A stretch of 53,457 bases of DNA from Candidatus Rokuibacteriota bacterium (GTDB taxonomy: Bacteria > JAUVQV01 > DATDCY01). The notes beneath the pieces are model-generated. The model searched no databases. It was not told the DNA's origin and saw only the letters and a program-made list of their open reading frames with translations. The position numbers and the translations under genes are program-made. Shown here in pieces: positions 36,586 to 44,965 of this stretch. The stretch covers positions 1 to 53,457 of the forward strand of contig JANOHV010000208.1 in the NCBI GenBank assembly GCA_031406795.1, in the 5' to 3' direction. Position 1 is the stretch's first letter, and each line of letters opens with the position of its first letter.

Positions 36586-36831
36586 ATGGCCGTTCCCCAC
36601 GCAGACCTGGCAGAGGGCATCTTCAAGATGGTCGAGGCCGACGCGGGCAAGATGCGCTACAAGCCGCGTGACCTGGAGAAGGGCATGACCAAGAAGTTCG
36701 GCGAGGGCTCGTTCTCGAAGGAAGAGTTCAAGGCCGCGCTCAAGGACCTGATGGACAACGGGCGCCTGATCTACGGGTACTACGGCGGCGTTTCGGTGGA
36801 GTTGCCGCATCAGGAAGGCTCCGCGAAGTAG
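36586..36831 (+). CDS. dsrD: DsrD
   Basis: 81-aa winged-helix-like protein directly after dsrB (FKAALKDLMDNGRLIYGYYGG); AAGGAG RBS. Confidence 0.82.
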   Translation: MAVPHADLAEGIFKMVEADAGKMRYKPRDLEKGMTKKFGEGSFSKEEFKAALKDLMDNGRLIYGYYGGVSVELPHQEGSAK

Positions 36832-36913
36832 TCTTTCCGGCAGCAGACGGCAAGACACCCGGCGGGCGGGCGGGCTTCCCCCGTTTCGTCCGCCGGTTTA
36901 CGTTGCAGGGTTC

Positions 36914-36938
36914 GTAGGAGAGGGGTTCAGCCCCTCCC
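36914..36938 (+). repeat. GTAG-type REP
   Basis: GTAGGAGAGGGGTTCAGCCCCTCCC between dsrD and dsrL. Confidence 0.65.
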
Positions 36939-36992
36939 GCAACAGCCGGGCCATGATGAGCGGCCTACCAGAATGAGAAGGAGCACGGCACT

Positions 36993-38684
36993 ATGGCGGA
37001 GATGAAAGTCGTCAAGAAGGTCATGAAGCTCGGCGGCCGCGGCGCGGCCGGCGGCAAGAACGAAGATACCGGGCTGCGGCCGTACTATGTCGAGAAGCTC
37101 CCGCCGTGCACCTTCATGTGCCCGAGCGCGGAGGACATCCGCGGGTACCTGACGTTTATCGCACAGGCGGAAAAGTACGGTCGGAGCGCCTCCGATTCCT
37201 TCACCGAGGGCTGGCACATCATCACGAACCGCAATCCCTTCCCGGCGACGATGGGCCGCATTTGCCCGCACCCCTGCGAAGGCGCCTGCAACCGCGGCAA
37301 GCTCGATACGCCGGTGGCGATCAACAACATGGAGCGCTGGGTCGGTGACTGGGGCATCAAGCACCAGCTGCGCGCCCGCAAGATCTCCGACGAGAAGCGG
37401 CCGGAGAAGGTCGCGGTCGTCGGCGGCGGACCCGCCGGACTCTCCGCCGCCTACCAGCTGGCGCGCCGCTGCTACGCGGTGACGGTGTTCGAGGGAGCCG
37501 TGAAGGCCGGCGGCATGCTGCGCTACGGCATCCCGAGCTACCGCCTCCCGGATGAAGTGCTCGACGCCGAGATTCAGGCGATCCTCGACCTGGGCGTCGA
37601 ACTGCGCACCGGCGTGCAGATCGGCCGCGACATTGCGATGGAGGACCTGCGGCGCGACTTCCAGGTCGTGTACCTGGCGATCGGCGCGCAGAAAGGCGTC
37701 AACCTCGGCCTCCCTGGCGAGGACGCGCCGAACTGCTTCTCCGGCGTCGACTTCCTGCAGCGCGTCCGGATCGGCGAGAACATCGACGTCGGCGACAAGG
37801 TCATCGTCATCGGCGGCGGCAACACGGCGATCGACGCCGCGCGCACCTCGCGCCGGCTCGGCGCGCACGTGACGCTGCTGTATCGGCGCACCCGCAAGGA
37901 AATGCCGGCGATCGAGCACGAGATCACCGAGGCCGAACACGAGGGCGTGGTGTACGAGTTCCTGTCGGCGCCGCAGGAAATTGTCGTCAAGGACGGCCGC
38001 GCCGTCGCGGTGAAGTGCCTGCGCATGGAGCTCTGCGAGCCCGATGCCAGCGGCCGGCGCCGTCCGGTCCCGGTGCCGGGGTCGGATTACGAGGTCCCCT
38101 GCACCGCGGTGATCGCTGGCATCAGCCAGACCCCGGTCTGGACCGGCATCGAGGAGTTCCGCGGGGAGAAGGGCTGGATCGACGTCAACGAGGTCCACGA
38201 GACGTCGGTCCCGGGCGTGTTCGCCGGCGGGGATGTCACCGTGGGTCTGGGCATCGCGACCCAGGCGATCGGGCTTGGCCGCCAGGCCGCGGAGGTCATC
38301 GACCGGAAGTTCCAGAACCTCAACGCCCCCGAGCCCGACACGCGCAAAATCATCCGCGCCGACCAGATCATCGGCCTGCAGCTCAACGAGAAGAAGCCGC
38401 GGATAGAACGCCGCCAGATCCCGGTGGCCGAGCGTCTGATGGACTTCCGGGAGTGCGACACGACCTACGAGGAGTCCGAGGCGGTCACCGAGAGCAAGCG
38501 CTGCCTCTCCTGCGGGCTGTGCTGCGACTGCGACAACTGTTTCATGTACTGCCAGGCAAAGGCGATCGAGCGGCTCGACAAGAGCCTGCCGATCGGCCAG
38601 CACTACAAGGCGATTTTCGAGAAGTGCATCGGCTGCAAGAAGTGCGCGGAAGCGTGCCTCTGCGGCTACATCGACATCCGCTAG
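36993..38684 (+). CDS. dsrL: DsrL iron-sulfur flavoprotein (DsrL-2 type, YRR motif)
   Basis: RPYYVEKLPPC...CPSAEDIRG, NPFPATMGRICPHPCE, GGGPAG, GGGNTAID, LYRRT, C-terminal RCLSCGLCCDCDNC...CIGCKKCAEAC; position after dsrD. Confidence 0.9.
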   Translation: MAEMKVVKKVMKLGGRGAAGGKNEDTGLRPYYVEKLPPCTFMCPSAEDIRGYLTFIAQAEKYGRSASDSFTEGWHIITNRNPFPATMGRICPHPCEGACNRGKLDTPVAINNMERWVGDWGIKHQLRARKISDEKRPEKVAVVGGGPAGLSAAYQLARRCYAVTVFEGAVKAGGMLRYGIPSYRLPDEVLDAEIQAILDLGVELRTGVQIGRDIAMEDLRRDFQVVYLAIGAQKGVNLGLPGEDAPNCFSGVDFLQRVRIGENIDVGDKVIVIGGGNTAIDAARTSRRLGAHVTLLYRRTRKEMPAIEHEITEAEHEGVVYEFLSAPQEIVVKDGRAVAVKCLRMELCEPDASGRRRPVPVPGSDYEVPCTAVIAGISQTPVWTGIEEFRGEKGWIDVNEVHETSVPGVFAGGDVTVGLGIATQAIGLGRQAAEVIDRKFQNLNAPEPDTRKIIRADQIIGLQLNEKKPRIERRQIPVAERLMDFRECDTTYEESEAVTESKRCLSCGLCCDCDNCFMYCQAKAIERLDKSLPIGQHYKAIFEKCIGCKKCAEACLCGYIDIR

Positions 38685-38702
38685 TACCACCTCAAGCACG
38701 AC

Positions 38703-38740
38703 ACGGCGGGGGGCCTGCGGGCCTCCCGCCGTATTTATTT
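38703..38740 (+). terminator. Intrinsic terminator of the dsr operon
   Basis: ACGGCGGGGGGCC-tgcg-GGCCTCCCGCCGT followed by ATTTATTT. Confidence 0.7.
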
Positions 38741-38762
38741 CGGGAAGAATCGTTCCAGGGTG

Positions 38763-38954
38763 CGAGGCGGTGGGGGATCCCCTTCGGTCGTGCGTCTGCG
38801 CCGCCGGCCCGGAGCCGTGCCCGGTGCTCGCGGACTCGTAACTCGCCTTCGGCTCAAACAACGAGCCCGCGTCCCTGCGGGACCGTCCCGGTCACGGCTC
38901 CGGGCTGATCGGCGGCTCCGCGCATCTTCCCTCAGTGGATCCCCAACCGCCTCG
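38763..38954. repeat. About 190-bp long imperfect palindrome
   Basis: CGAGGCGGTGGGGGATCC and GGATCCCCAACCGCCTCG are 17/18 inverted; inner arms GCCCGGAGCCGTG and CACGGCTCCGGGC. Confidence 0.7.
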
Positions 38955-38970
38955 TCGATGCATGGTACGA

Positions 38971-39238
38971 AGAGGCTGATCAAAAGGGTCCAGGTGCAAG
39001 GCAGCTCCCCGAAGCTGCGACTGAGGCGGGCTGGTGCCCGCCGCAGGGAGCCGCGAGGAGGGCAACGCCGCAGATGGGCCGTTTTCAGCGGCCGTCACGG
39101 TAGCGGAGAGGCTGATCAAAAGGGTCCAGGTGCAAGGCAGCCCCCCGAAGCTGCGACTGAGGCGGGCTGGTGCCCGCCTCAGGGAGCCGCGAGGAGGGCA
39201 ACGCAGCAGATGGGCCCTTTTCAGCGGCCGTCACGGTA
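38971..39238. repeat. Two tandem copies (136-bp period) of a palindromic MITE-like repeat
   Basis: Near-identical units 38971-39102 and 39107-39238; imperfect inverted ends GGCTGATCAAAAGGGTCCA and TGGGCCCTTTTCAGCGGCC. Confidence 0.85.
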
Positions 39239-40099
39239 TACGAGCCAGTCGCCGTTGGCGATGCGCGGATGGCGGTCGGTGCCCGCCCAGAGATAGGTCC
39301 ACGCGAGCTGATCGGCTGCCTCCGCGGTCGTCACCTTGATCAGCGCGCGCCGGAACAGCGCGCGCGCGGCCTCGAAACCCTCGAAGCCTTCCACGCCGTC
39401 GAGGTGCGTCAAGGCCAGGGGTACATCGCGCAGGCCGACCAGTTCGCCGTGAACGACCCCGTCGGTGCCAGCAAGCATCCCGGGGAACGCGCCGCAATCG
39501 AGAATGACGCCTCTTGCTGTGGCCGGGAGGGCGCTTGCGGCGCCGCCGCAGCGCTCGAACTCGCCGTGCCGGCTGCCGCCGCGCAGCAGCGTGCCGTAGA
39601 CGAAGAGCCCGGTCACGAGAAATGGCGCGTGTTCGCCGCGCGCCGCGGCCCGGAGCATGCGGTCGTCGTGACCGAAGGCGGCGAGGCCCGCGGCGACGAT
39701 GTCGACGTACGCCGCCGCCGGTTCGACCGGTGCCGGCTGGCGGTATTCGGGAGTGACCTCGTACGCCCGCGCCATGACCTCCCGCCCGTCGGCGAGGAGC
39801 ACCCGCTTCTCGACCTGGTGGTAAATCAGCGGCACACCCTCCTTGAGGTCGAGCGTCCGCATGTCCTCCTCGGTCACCTCGAAGAGCGCGCCGGTCACGA
39901 TCCTGCCGACACCCGGCCGCAGATCGAGAACGCCCCCCTTGCGCGACGAGGAGGTGCAGTCGAACACCAGTTCGTGATCCGGCAGGTACGCCGCCACGCC
40001 GGCTCGCACCATCAGCGCGGGGGGGCGCCCCAGCCGCTGGCACCAGAGCTCGAGATCCCTGAGGTTCAGATTCGACCCGTACGCGAAGCACCGATCCAT
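39221..40099 (-). CDS. Gamma-glutamylcyclotransferase-family protein with two GGCT-like domains
   Basis: FAYGSNL...LDLKEG and LFVYGTLLRG...LDGVEG motifs; GGAGG RBS. Confidence 0.82.
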   Translation of the reverse strand: MDRCFAYGSNLNLRDLELWCQRLGRPPALMVRAGVAAYLPDHELVFDCTSSSRKGGVLDLRPGVGRIVTGALFEVTEEDMRTLDLKEGVPLIYHQVEKRVLLADGREVMARAYEVTPEYRQPAPVEPAAAYVDIVAAGLAAFGHDDRMLRAAARGEHAPFLVTGLFVYGTLLRGGSRHGEFERCGGAASALPATARGVILDCGAFPGMLAGTDGVVHGELVGLRDVPLALTHLDGVEGFEGFEAARALFRRALIKVTTAEAADQLAWTYLWAGTDRHPRIANGDWLVYRDGR

Positions 40100-40230
40100 T
40101 GCATCCCTCCCCGGATTACTAGTCCGCCGCTAGCATACCAAGAATCACTCCCGGCGCGAACCAGCGAAGTGAGGCGACGCAGGACGCGGACATCGTGCGG
40201 CGTCGGGCGGCATTGCGGTACAATAAGAAG

Positions 40231-40920
40231 ATGGGATACTACCCCTTATTCATGGACCTGGCCGGCAGACCCTGTCTTGTCGTGGGGGCCGGCGCGGTTG
40301 CGGCGCGCAAGGCTCGCTCGCTGCTCGATTGCGGTGCGCTGGTGACCGTCGTCGGCGTCCAGCCGGCGGCGGCGTTCCGGGCGCTCGAGCGGCGGGGGCT
40401 TACGCTGCGGCAGCGGCGCTTTCGCGCGAGCGATGTCGGATCCCAGGCGCTGGTCATCGCGGCAACCGACGATCGCGCCGTGAACGCCGCGGTGTCGGCG
40501 GCGGCGCGGCGCAAGGGAATCCCCGTGAACGCGGTCGACGACCCCGGGAATTGCACCTTTATCGTCCCGGCGGTTGTGACGCGCGGTGATCTGACGGTGG
40601 CGATCTCGACGGGTGGAAAGAGCCCTGCCGCCGCGCGGCTCGTGAAGGAGCGGATCGGGGAGTTGCTCGGGGAGGAATACGCCGCGCTCGTTCGTCTGCT
40701 CGGTGCGCACCGCGGGAAGATGAAGGAGGCGGTCGCGGGGCAGGGGTCGCGCGCCCGCTCCTGGAAGCGGATGCTCGATGAAGGTGTGCTGGAATCCCTG
40801 CGTTGCGGCGACAAGGCCGGCGCGGCGGGCACGGTCCGCCGCTGCCTCGACGAGGCTGCCTCCGGCACCAGCACGGCAGGACCGGGAAAAGCGACAACAA
40901 CCGAGGCTTCACGGAGGTAA
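40231..40920 (+). CDS. Precorrin-2 dehydrogenase/sirohydrochlorin ferrochelatase (SirC/Met8/CysG N-terminal type)
   Basis: YYPLFMDL, VVGAGAVAARK, IAATDD, VNAVDDP, AISTGGKSP. Confidence 0.92.
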   Translation: MGYYPLFMDLAGRPCLVVGAGAVAARKARSLLDCGALVTVVGVQPAAAFRALERRGLTLRQRRFRASDVGSQALVIAATDDRAVNAAVSAAARRKGIPVNAVDDPGNCTFIVPAVVTRGDLTVAISTGGKSPAAARLVKERIGELLGEEYAALVRLLGAHRGKMKEAVAGQGSRARSWKRMLDEGVLESLRCGDKAGAAGTVRRCLDEAASGTSTAGPGKATTTEASRR

Positions 40921-40923
40921 GGC

Positions 40924-41712
40924 ATGTCCAAAGGCAAGGTCTATATCGTCGGCGCGGGACCCGGTGACCCGGGGCTGCTGACGCTGCGTGCCGTCGAGTT
41001 GCTGCGCACGGCGGATGTCATCTTCTACGACTACCTGTGCGGCGAAGGCTTCATGGCTTACCGCAACCCGGCGGCCGAGTGCATTTACATCGGCAAGCGC
41101 GGACACCGCCACCACACGCCTCAGGAGCAGATCAACCGCATGCTCGTCGAGGCCAACCGCGCCGGCAAGCAGGTCGTGCGGCTGAAGGGCGGCGACCCCT
41201 TTGTCTTCGGACGCGGCGGCGAGGAGGCGGAATTTCTCGCCGACCACGGCATTGCCTTCGAGGTCGTGCCGGGCGTGACCTCGGCGGTGGCAGCCCCCGC
41301 GTATGCGGGCATCCCGGTGACCCACCGCACCTACGCCGCCTCGGTTGCCTTCGTCACGGGGCATCGCAAGGCCGAGGGGGGGGAGGAGGAGATTCCGGTG
41401 CCGACTGCGGACACGCTGGTCTACCTGATGGGGGTGACCCACATCAGGGGGATCGGCGAGAAGCTCCTCGCGGCCGGCCGCGATCCGGCGACCCCCGCGG
41501 CGGTCGTGCAGTGGGGAACCCGGCCGACGCAGCGCACCGTGACCGGGACCATCGCGACGATCGCCGATGTCGTCGAGCGCGAGCACATCCACCCGCCGGC
41601 CGTGCTCGTCGTCGGCGAGGTCGTGCGGCTGCGCGAGAAGCTCAACTGGTTCGAGAGCGGGCGGGACGCCGACGCCGCGGCGCTGGGGGTGCGCTGGGAG
41701 GCCGACGAGTGA
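40924..41712 (+). CDS. cobA: Uroporphyrinogen-III C-methyltransferase
   Basis: [42 protein letters not shown]. Confidence 0.95.
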   Translation: MSKGKVYIVGAGPGDPGLLTLRAVELLRTADVIFYDYLCGEGFMAYRNPAAECIYIGKRGHRHHTPQEQINRMLVEANRAGKQVVRLKGGDPFVFGRGGEEAEFLADHGIAFEVVPGVTSAVAAPAYAGIPVTHRTYAASVAFVTGHRKAEGGEEEIPVPTADTLVYLMGVTHIRGIGEKLLAAGRDPATPAAVVQWGTRPTQRTVTGTIATIADVVEREHIHPPAVLVVGEVVRLREKLNWFESGRDADAAALGVRWEADE

Positions 41713-43235
41713 CGCTGCCGCGGCTGCTGGTTGCGGCGCCATCGCGCGGATCCGGCAAGAGCACGGTCGCGATCGGCATCGCGGCGGCGCTGCGCGCCCG
41801 CGGGCGGACGGTTCAGGCGTTCAAGAAAGGCCCCGACTTCATCGACCCGATGTGGCTCTCCGCCGCCTCGGGGCGCCGCTGCCGGAACCTGGATTTCTTC
41901 ATGATGGGACGCGACCGGATCGCGGCCGCGTTTCCGAAGCGGGCCGCGGGCGCCGACCTCGCGCTGGTTGAAGCGAATCACGGACTCCACGACGGCCTCG
42001 ACCCGCAGGGCGCGGACAGCGGCGCGGCGCTGGCCCGCCTGCTCGGCCTGCCCGTGCTGCTCGTGGTGAGCGCCCAGCGCCTGGGCCGTGGCGTAGCGCC
42101 GCTGGTTCAGGGGCAGACGGCCTTCGACCCCGAGGTCAATGTGGCCGGGGTCATCCTCAACCGTGTACGCGGCGCGCGGCATGAGGGAAAACTGCGCGAC
42201 GCCGTGGAGCGCTACTGCCGGGTCGAGGTGCTCGGCGTGCTCCCTGACCTTCCGGAACTGGAGATCGCCGAGCGTCACCTCGGTCTGATACCTCTGGCGG
42301 AAGCACCCGATCTCGCGCCGCTGGTCGGGCGCATCGGCGCGGCGGTGACACGTTACCTCGATCTGGACCGCATCGAGGCAATCGCCCGAACCGCACCGTC
42401 ACTCCAGGTCGCCTTGCTTATGCATGAGAAATCGGCGTTTGTAGGACACGGGAGCGGCGAAGGGGTGGCGCGAAGGGGAGGTCTCCATGGCGCGGACCGG
42501 AGGGAGCGCAATGGAGGTCCGCAGCGACAGGACCCCGCAGCCGGGAACGGTCCCTCCGGACAATCAGATCGCTTCAGTGATCCTGGATCGCACGCCCGGG
42601 TCCGCATCGGCATCGCGATGGACCGCGCCTTCACGTTCTACTACCCCGAAAACCTCGAGGCGCTGATCGCCGCCGGCGCCGAGCTGGTCCCGTTCTCGCC
42701 GCTCGAGGACCCGCGCCTGCCGCCCGTCGGCGGGCTGTACATCGGCGGCGGCTTCCCGGAGGTTTTCATGGAGCGGCTCGAGGCTAACGTGACGATGCGC
42801 GAGGACGTCCGCCGCGCGATCGCCGCCGGCGTCCCCGCCTGGGCGGAGTGTGGCGGCCTGATGTACCTCTCGCAGCGGATCTCCTGGCGCGGCCGCAGCG
42901 CCGCGATGGCCGGCGCGTTCGACTGCTCGGTGGAGATGGAGGACCGGCCGGCGGGCCACGGGTACGTCCTGCTCGAAGAGACGGAGAATGGCAGCTGGCC
43001 GCACGCCGGGCGGCAGCTGCGGGGGCACGAATTCCACCACTCGCGGCTCGCGGGCCTGAGCGGCGGGGAAACCTACGCCTATCGCACGCTGCGCGGCAAC
43101 GGGGTCGTCAAGGGCTTCGACGGCCTGGTCCGGGGCGCGTGCGTGGCAGGGTACACGCACCTGCACGCGGATGGCGCGCCATGGTGGGCAGCCGATTTCG
43201 TGGCGGTGGTCCGCCGGAGCGGACGCTCGACCTAG
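41709..43235 (+). CDS. dsrN: Cobyrinate a,c-diamide synthase family protein, probable DsrN siroheme amidase, with an in-frame insertion
   Basis: GTG overlapping the cobA stop; [44 protein letters not shown]; next to dsr and siroheme genes. Confidence 0.85.
   Translation: MTLPRLLVAAPSRGSGKSTVAIGIAAALRARGRTVQAFKKGPDFIDPMWLSAASGRRCRNLDFFMMGRDRIAAAFPKRAAGADLALVEANHGLHDGLDPQGADSGAALARLLGLPVLLVVSAQRLGRGVAPLVQGQTAFDPEVNVAGVILNRVRGARHEGKLRDAVERYCRVEVLGVLPDLPELEIAERHLGLIPLAEAPDLAPLVGRIGAAVTRYLDLDRIEAIARTAPSLQVALLMHEKSAFVGHGSGEGVARRGGLHGADRRERNGGPQRQDPAAGNGPSGQSDRFSDPGSHARVRIGIAMDRAFTFYYPENLEALIAAGAELVPFSPLEDPRLPPVGGLYIGGGFPEVFMERLEANVTMREDVRRAIAAGVPAWAECGGLMYLSQRISWRGRSAAMAGAFDCSVEMEDRPAGHGYVLLEETENGSWPHAGRQLRGHEFHHSRLAGLSGGETYAYRTLRGNGVVKGFDGLVRGACVAGYTHLHADGAPWWAADFVAVVRRSGRST
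42403..42587. repeat. Intragenic palindromic repeat element
   Basis: Shares 28-, 18- and 10-bp identical blocks with 19731-19831; outer boundaries approximate. Confidence 0.7.
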
Positions 43236-43284
43236 CGCGCGGGGGCGGCGGGCCGGGCAGCGGTCTGCGGAAGGGCGGTGCGGG

Positions 43285-43506
43285 TTACTGCGGGCCGGGA
43301 GCGCCCGTAGCTGTGCGCACCAGGCTTTCGATGCGAGCGTGGAATTCCGGGTCGCGCAGCGGCGGGACCCCTCTGACGACCTCCAGCACCTTCAGATCCG
43401 GCCCGATGAGGACGCTCGTCGGGAGCTGGCGGATCGCCTTGCCCCCGAAGTCGCTCAGACTCACGCTCTTCCGGGCGGTGTCGGCGAGGGTGAAGTTCGG
43501 AGCCAC
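43285..43506 (-). pseudogene. Internally deleted TlpA/redoxin remnant
   Basis: APNFTLADTARKSVSLSDFGGK joined directly to IRQLPTSVLIGPD; the central CxxC region is missing. Confidence 0.55.
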
Positions 43507-43556
43507 CGGAGCCGTGCCGATCGAGCGGATGAGCAGTTTGCTACGCCGGTCGTCCC

Positions 43557-44012
43557 CTATTTCTTGAAGAGCCGTTCGAGTGCGGCGCGCGCCTCATCCG
43601 CGGGCCGCGAGGAGGGAGCCCGCGGAACGGCGGCAGCCGGGGCATTCGAGGCCTGACCCAACTCCTTGACGACGATCGTGCGCCCGGTGAAGAGCAGGCA
43701 GCGGTTGGCCGCGGCCTTCTTGCCGATGCGCTCCTTGATCGTCTGGGTGCACTGGAAACGCGCGGCGGAGTCGAAGTGCTTGCAGTTGCGGCAGGTGTGC
43801 AGGTCCGCGTTGCACTTGGGGCAGAGGCTGTCCATCTGGATGTCGAAAGCAGTCGAGAGATCCTGCCCGCACTCGGCGCAACGCACGGTTTCCTTGTAGG
43901 CGGTGATGACGGGCACACGTTTGCCCTCCGGGGAAAACCCCTGGGAGGACCGGGAGGGACGTTGCTCACTCTCCTGGTAGCCGCGCTGGTTGTATCTGCG
44001 ATCGTCGGGCAT
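43557..44012 (-). CDS. Cys-rich hypothetical protein (putative Zn-binding)
   Basis: CAEC, CPKC, CRNC plus two further Cys; ends ARAALERLFKK. Confidence 0.75.
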   Translation of the reverse strand: MPDDRRYNQRGYQESEQRPSRSSQGFSPEGKRVPVITAYKETVRCAECGQDLSTAFDIQMDSLCPKCNADLHTCRNCKHFDSAARFQCTQTIKERIGKKAAANRCLLFTGRTIVVKELGQASNAPAAAVPRAPSSRPADEARAALERLFKK

Positions 44013-44067
44013 GGAATTGCTCACACTCTATACCCTCGCCGGCGCTGACGCAAGGCCTTACTCATAC

Positions 44068-44231
44068 GGGCCCTTTTCAGCGAGAAAGTGCACGGTAGCG
44101 GAGATGCTGAGTCAAAAGGGTCCAGGTGCAAGGCGCCCCACGATCGGCGCATGAGGCGGGCTGGTGCCCGCCGCAGTAAGCCGGGAGGAGGGCAACGCCG
44201 CAGATGGGCCCTTTTCAGCGGCCGTCACGGT
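44068..44231. repeat. Third (plus partial fourth) copy of the 136-bp repeat family
   Basis: CAAAAGGGTCCAGGTGCAAGGC...GAGGCGGGCTGGTGCCCGCCGCAG...GGCAACGCCGCAGATGGGCCCTTTTCAGCGGCCGTCACGGT. Confidence 0.85.
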
Positions 44232-44941
44232 TAATCGGCGATTGACGTGTGGCGGATGTCCTTGCCTTTGACCATGAAGATCACCATCTCCGCGATGTTC
44301 GTCGCGTGGTCTGCCATGCGCTCCAGCGACTTGCCGATGAAGAGCAGGCGCGTGGCCCGCGAAATCGTCTTCGGGTCCTCGATCATGAAACTCAGCAACT
44401 CGCGGAAGACCTGCACGTTGAGCTGGTCGACGCTGTCGTCGCGCCTCGTCACCTCCGCCGCCAGCGCCGCGTCGCCGTGCAGGAAGGCTTCGAGCGCGTC
44501 GACGATCATCCCCTCGGCGGCCTCGGCCATCTTCGGCAGGTCGAGATAGGGCTTGAGCTGCGGCTCCTCGTTGAGTTCGAGCGTGCGTTCGGCGATGTTC
44601 ACGCACAGATCGCCGATGCGCTCCAGGTCGGTCGAGACCTTGAGCGCGAGCGTGATGAAGCGCAGGTCGCTCGCCGCCGGCTGGCGCAGCGCGATGATGT
44701 TGAGCGAGAGCTCGTCGATCGCCACCTCCTGACGGTTGATCTCGTGGTCGTAGTCGATCATCCGCTTCGCGGCCGCCGAGTCGCGCTCGACGAGGGCGCG
44801 CATCGTCTCCTTGATCATGCCGACCAGATTGCTGCCCATGGCGAGGATGCGCTCGCGCAGCCGCTCCAGATCCTGGTCGTAGCGTCTGCTGATGTGAACC
44901 GTCTCGCCGGGGTGTCCCGGCTGTCCCGCTGGCGTTTCCAT
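44231..44941 (-). CDS. phoU: Phosphate signalling protein PhoU
   Basis: ALRQPAASDLR, DLERIGD, LERMADHATNIAE. Confidence 0.96.
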   Translation of the reverse strand: METPAGQPGHPGETVHISRRYDQDLERLRERILAMGSNLVGMIKETMRALVERDSAAAKRMIDYDHEINRQEVAIDELSLNIIALRQPAASDLRFITLALKVSTDLERIGDLCVNIAERTLELNEEPQLKPYLDLPKMAEAAEGMIVDALEAFLHGDAALAAEVTRRDDSVDQLNVQVFRELLSFMIEDPKTISRATRLLFIGKSLERMADHATNIAEMVIFMVKGKDIRHTSIAD

Positions 44942-44965
44942 GCTGCCTCTCCTTCCGGGGCGCCC

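Noticed and set aside
28089-36858. 995-aa, 421-aa and 1175-aa minus-strand ORFs over the dsr cluster
   Set aside because: Antisense shadows of strongly codon-biased dsr genes with no recognisable domains.
36993-38684. Glutamate synthase small subunit (gltD)
   Set aside because: It has an extra C-terminal ferredoxin domain, sits directly after dsrD, and no gltB is nearby.
38971-39238. Tandem repeat as a CRISPR array, or the short ORFs across it as genes
   Set aside because: The unit is 136 bp with only a 4-nt gap, and the ORFs merely translate the repeat.
41037-41708. N-terminal extension of DsrN (732-aa ORF)
   Set aside because: It overlaps cobA out of frame; homology begins at GTG 41709.
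41709-43235. Cobalamin biosynthesis operon (cbiA/cobB)
   Set aside because: No other cbi/cob ring-modification genes are present; the siroheme and dsr context favours DsrN, though this is unproven.
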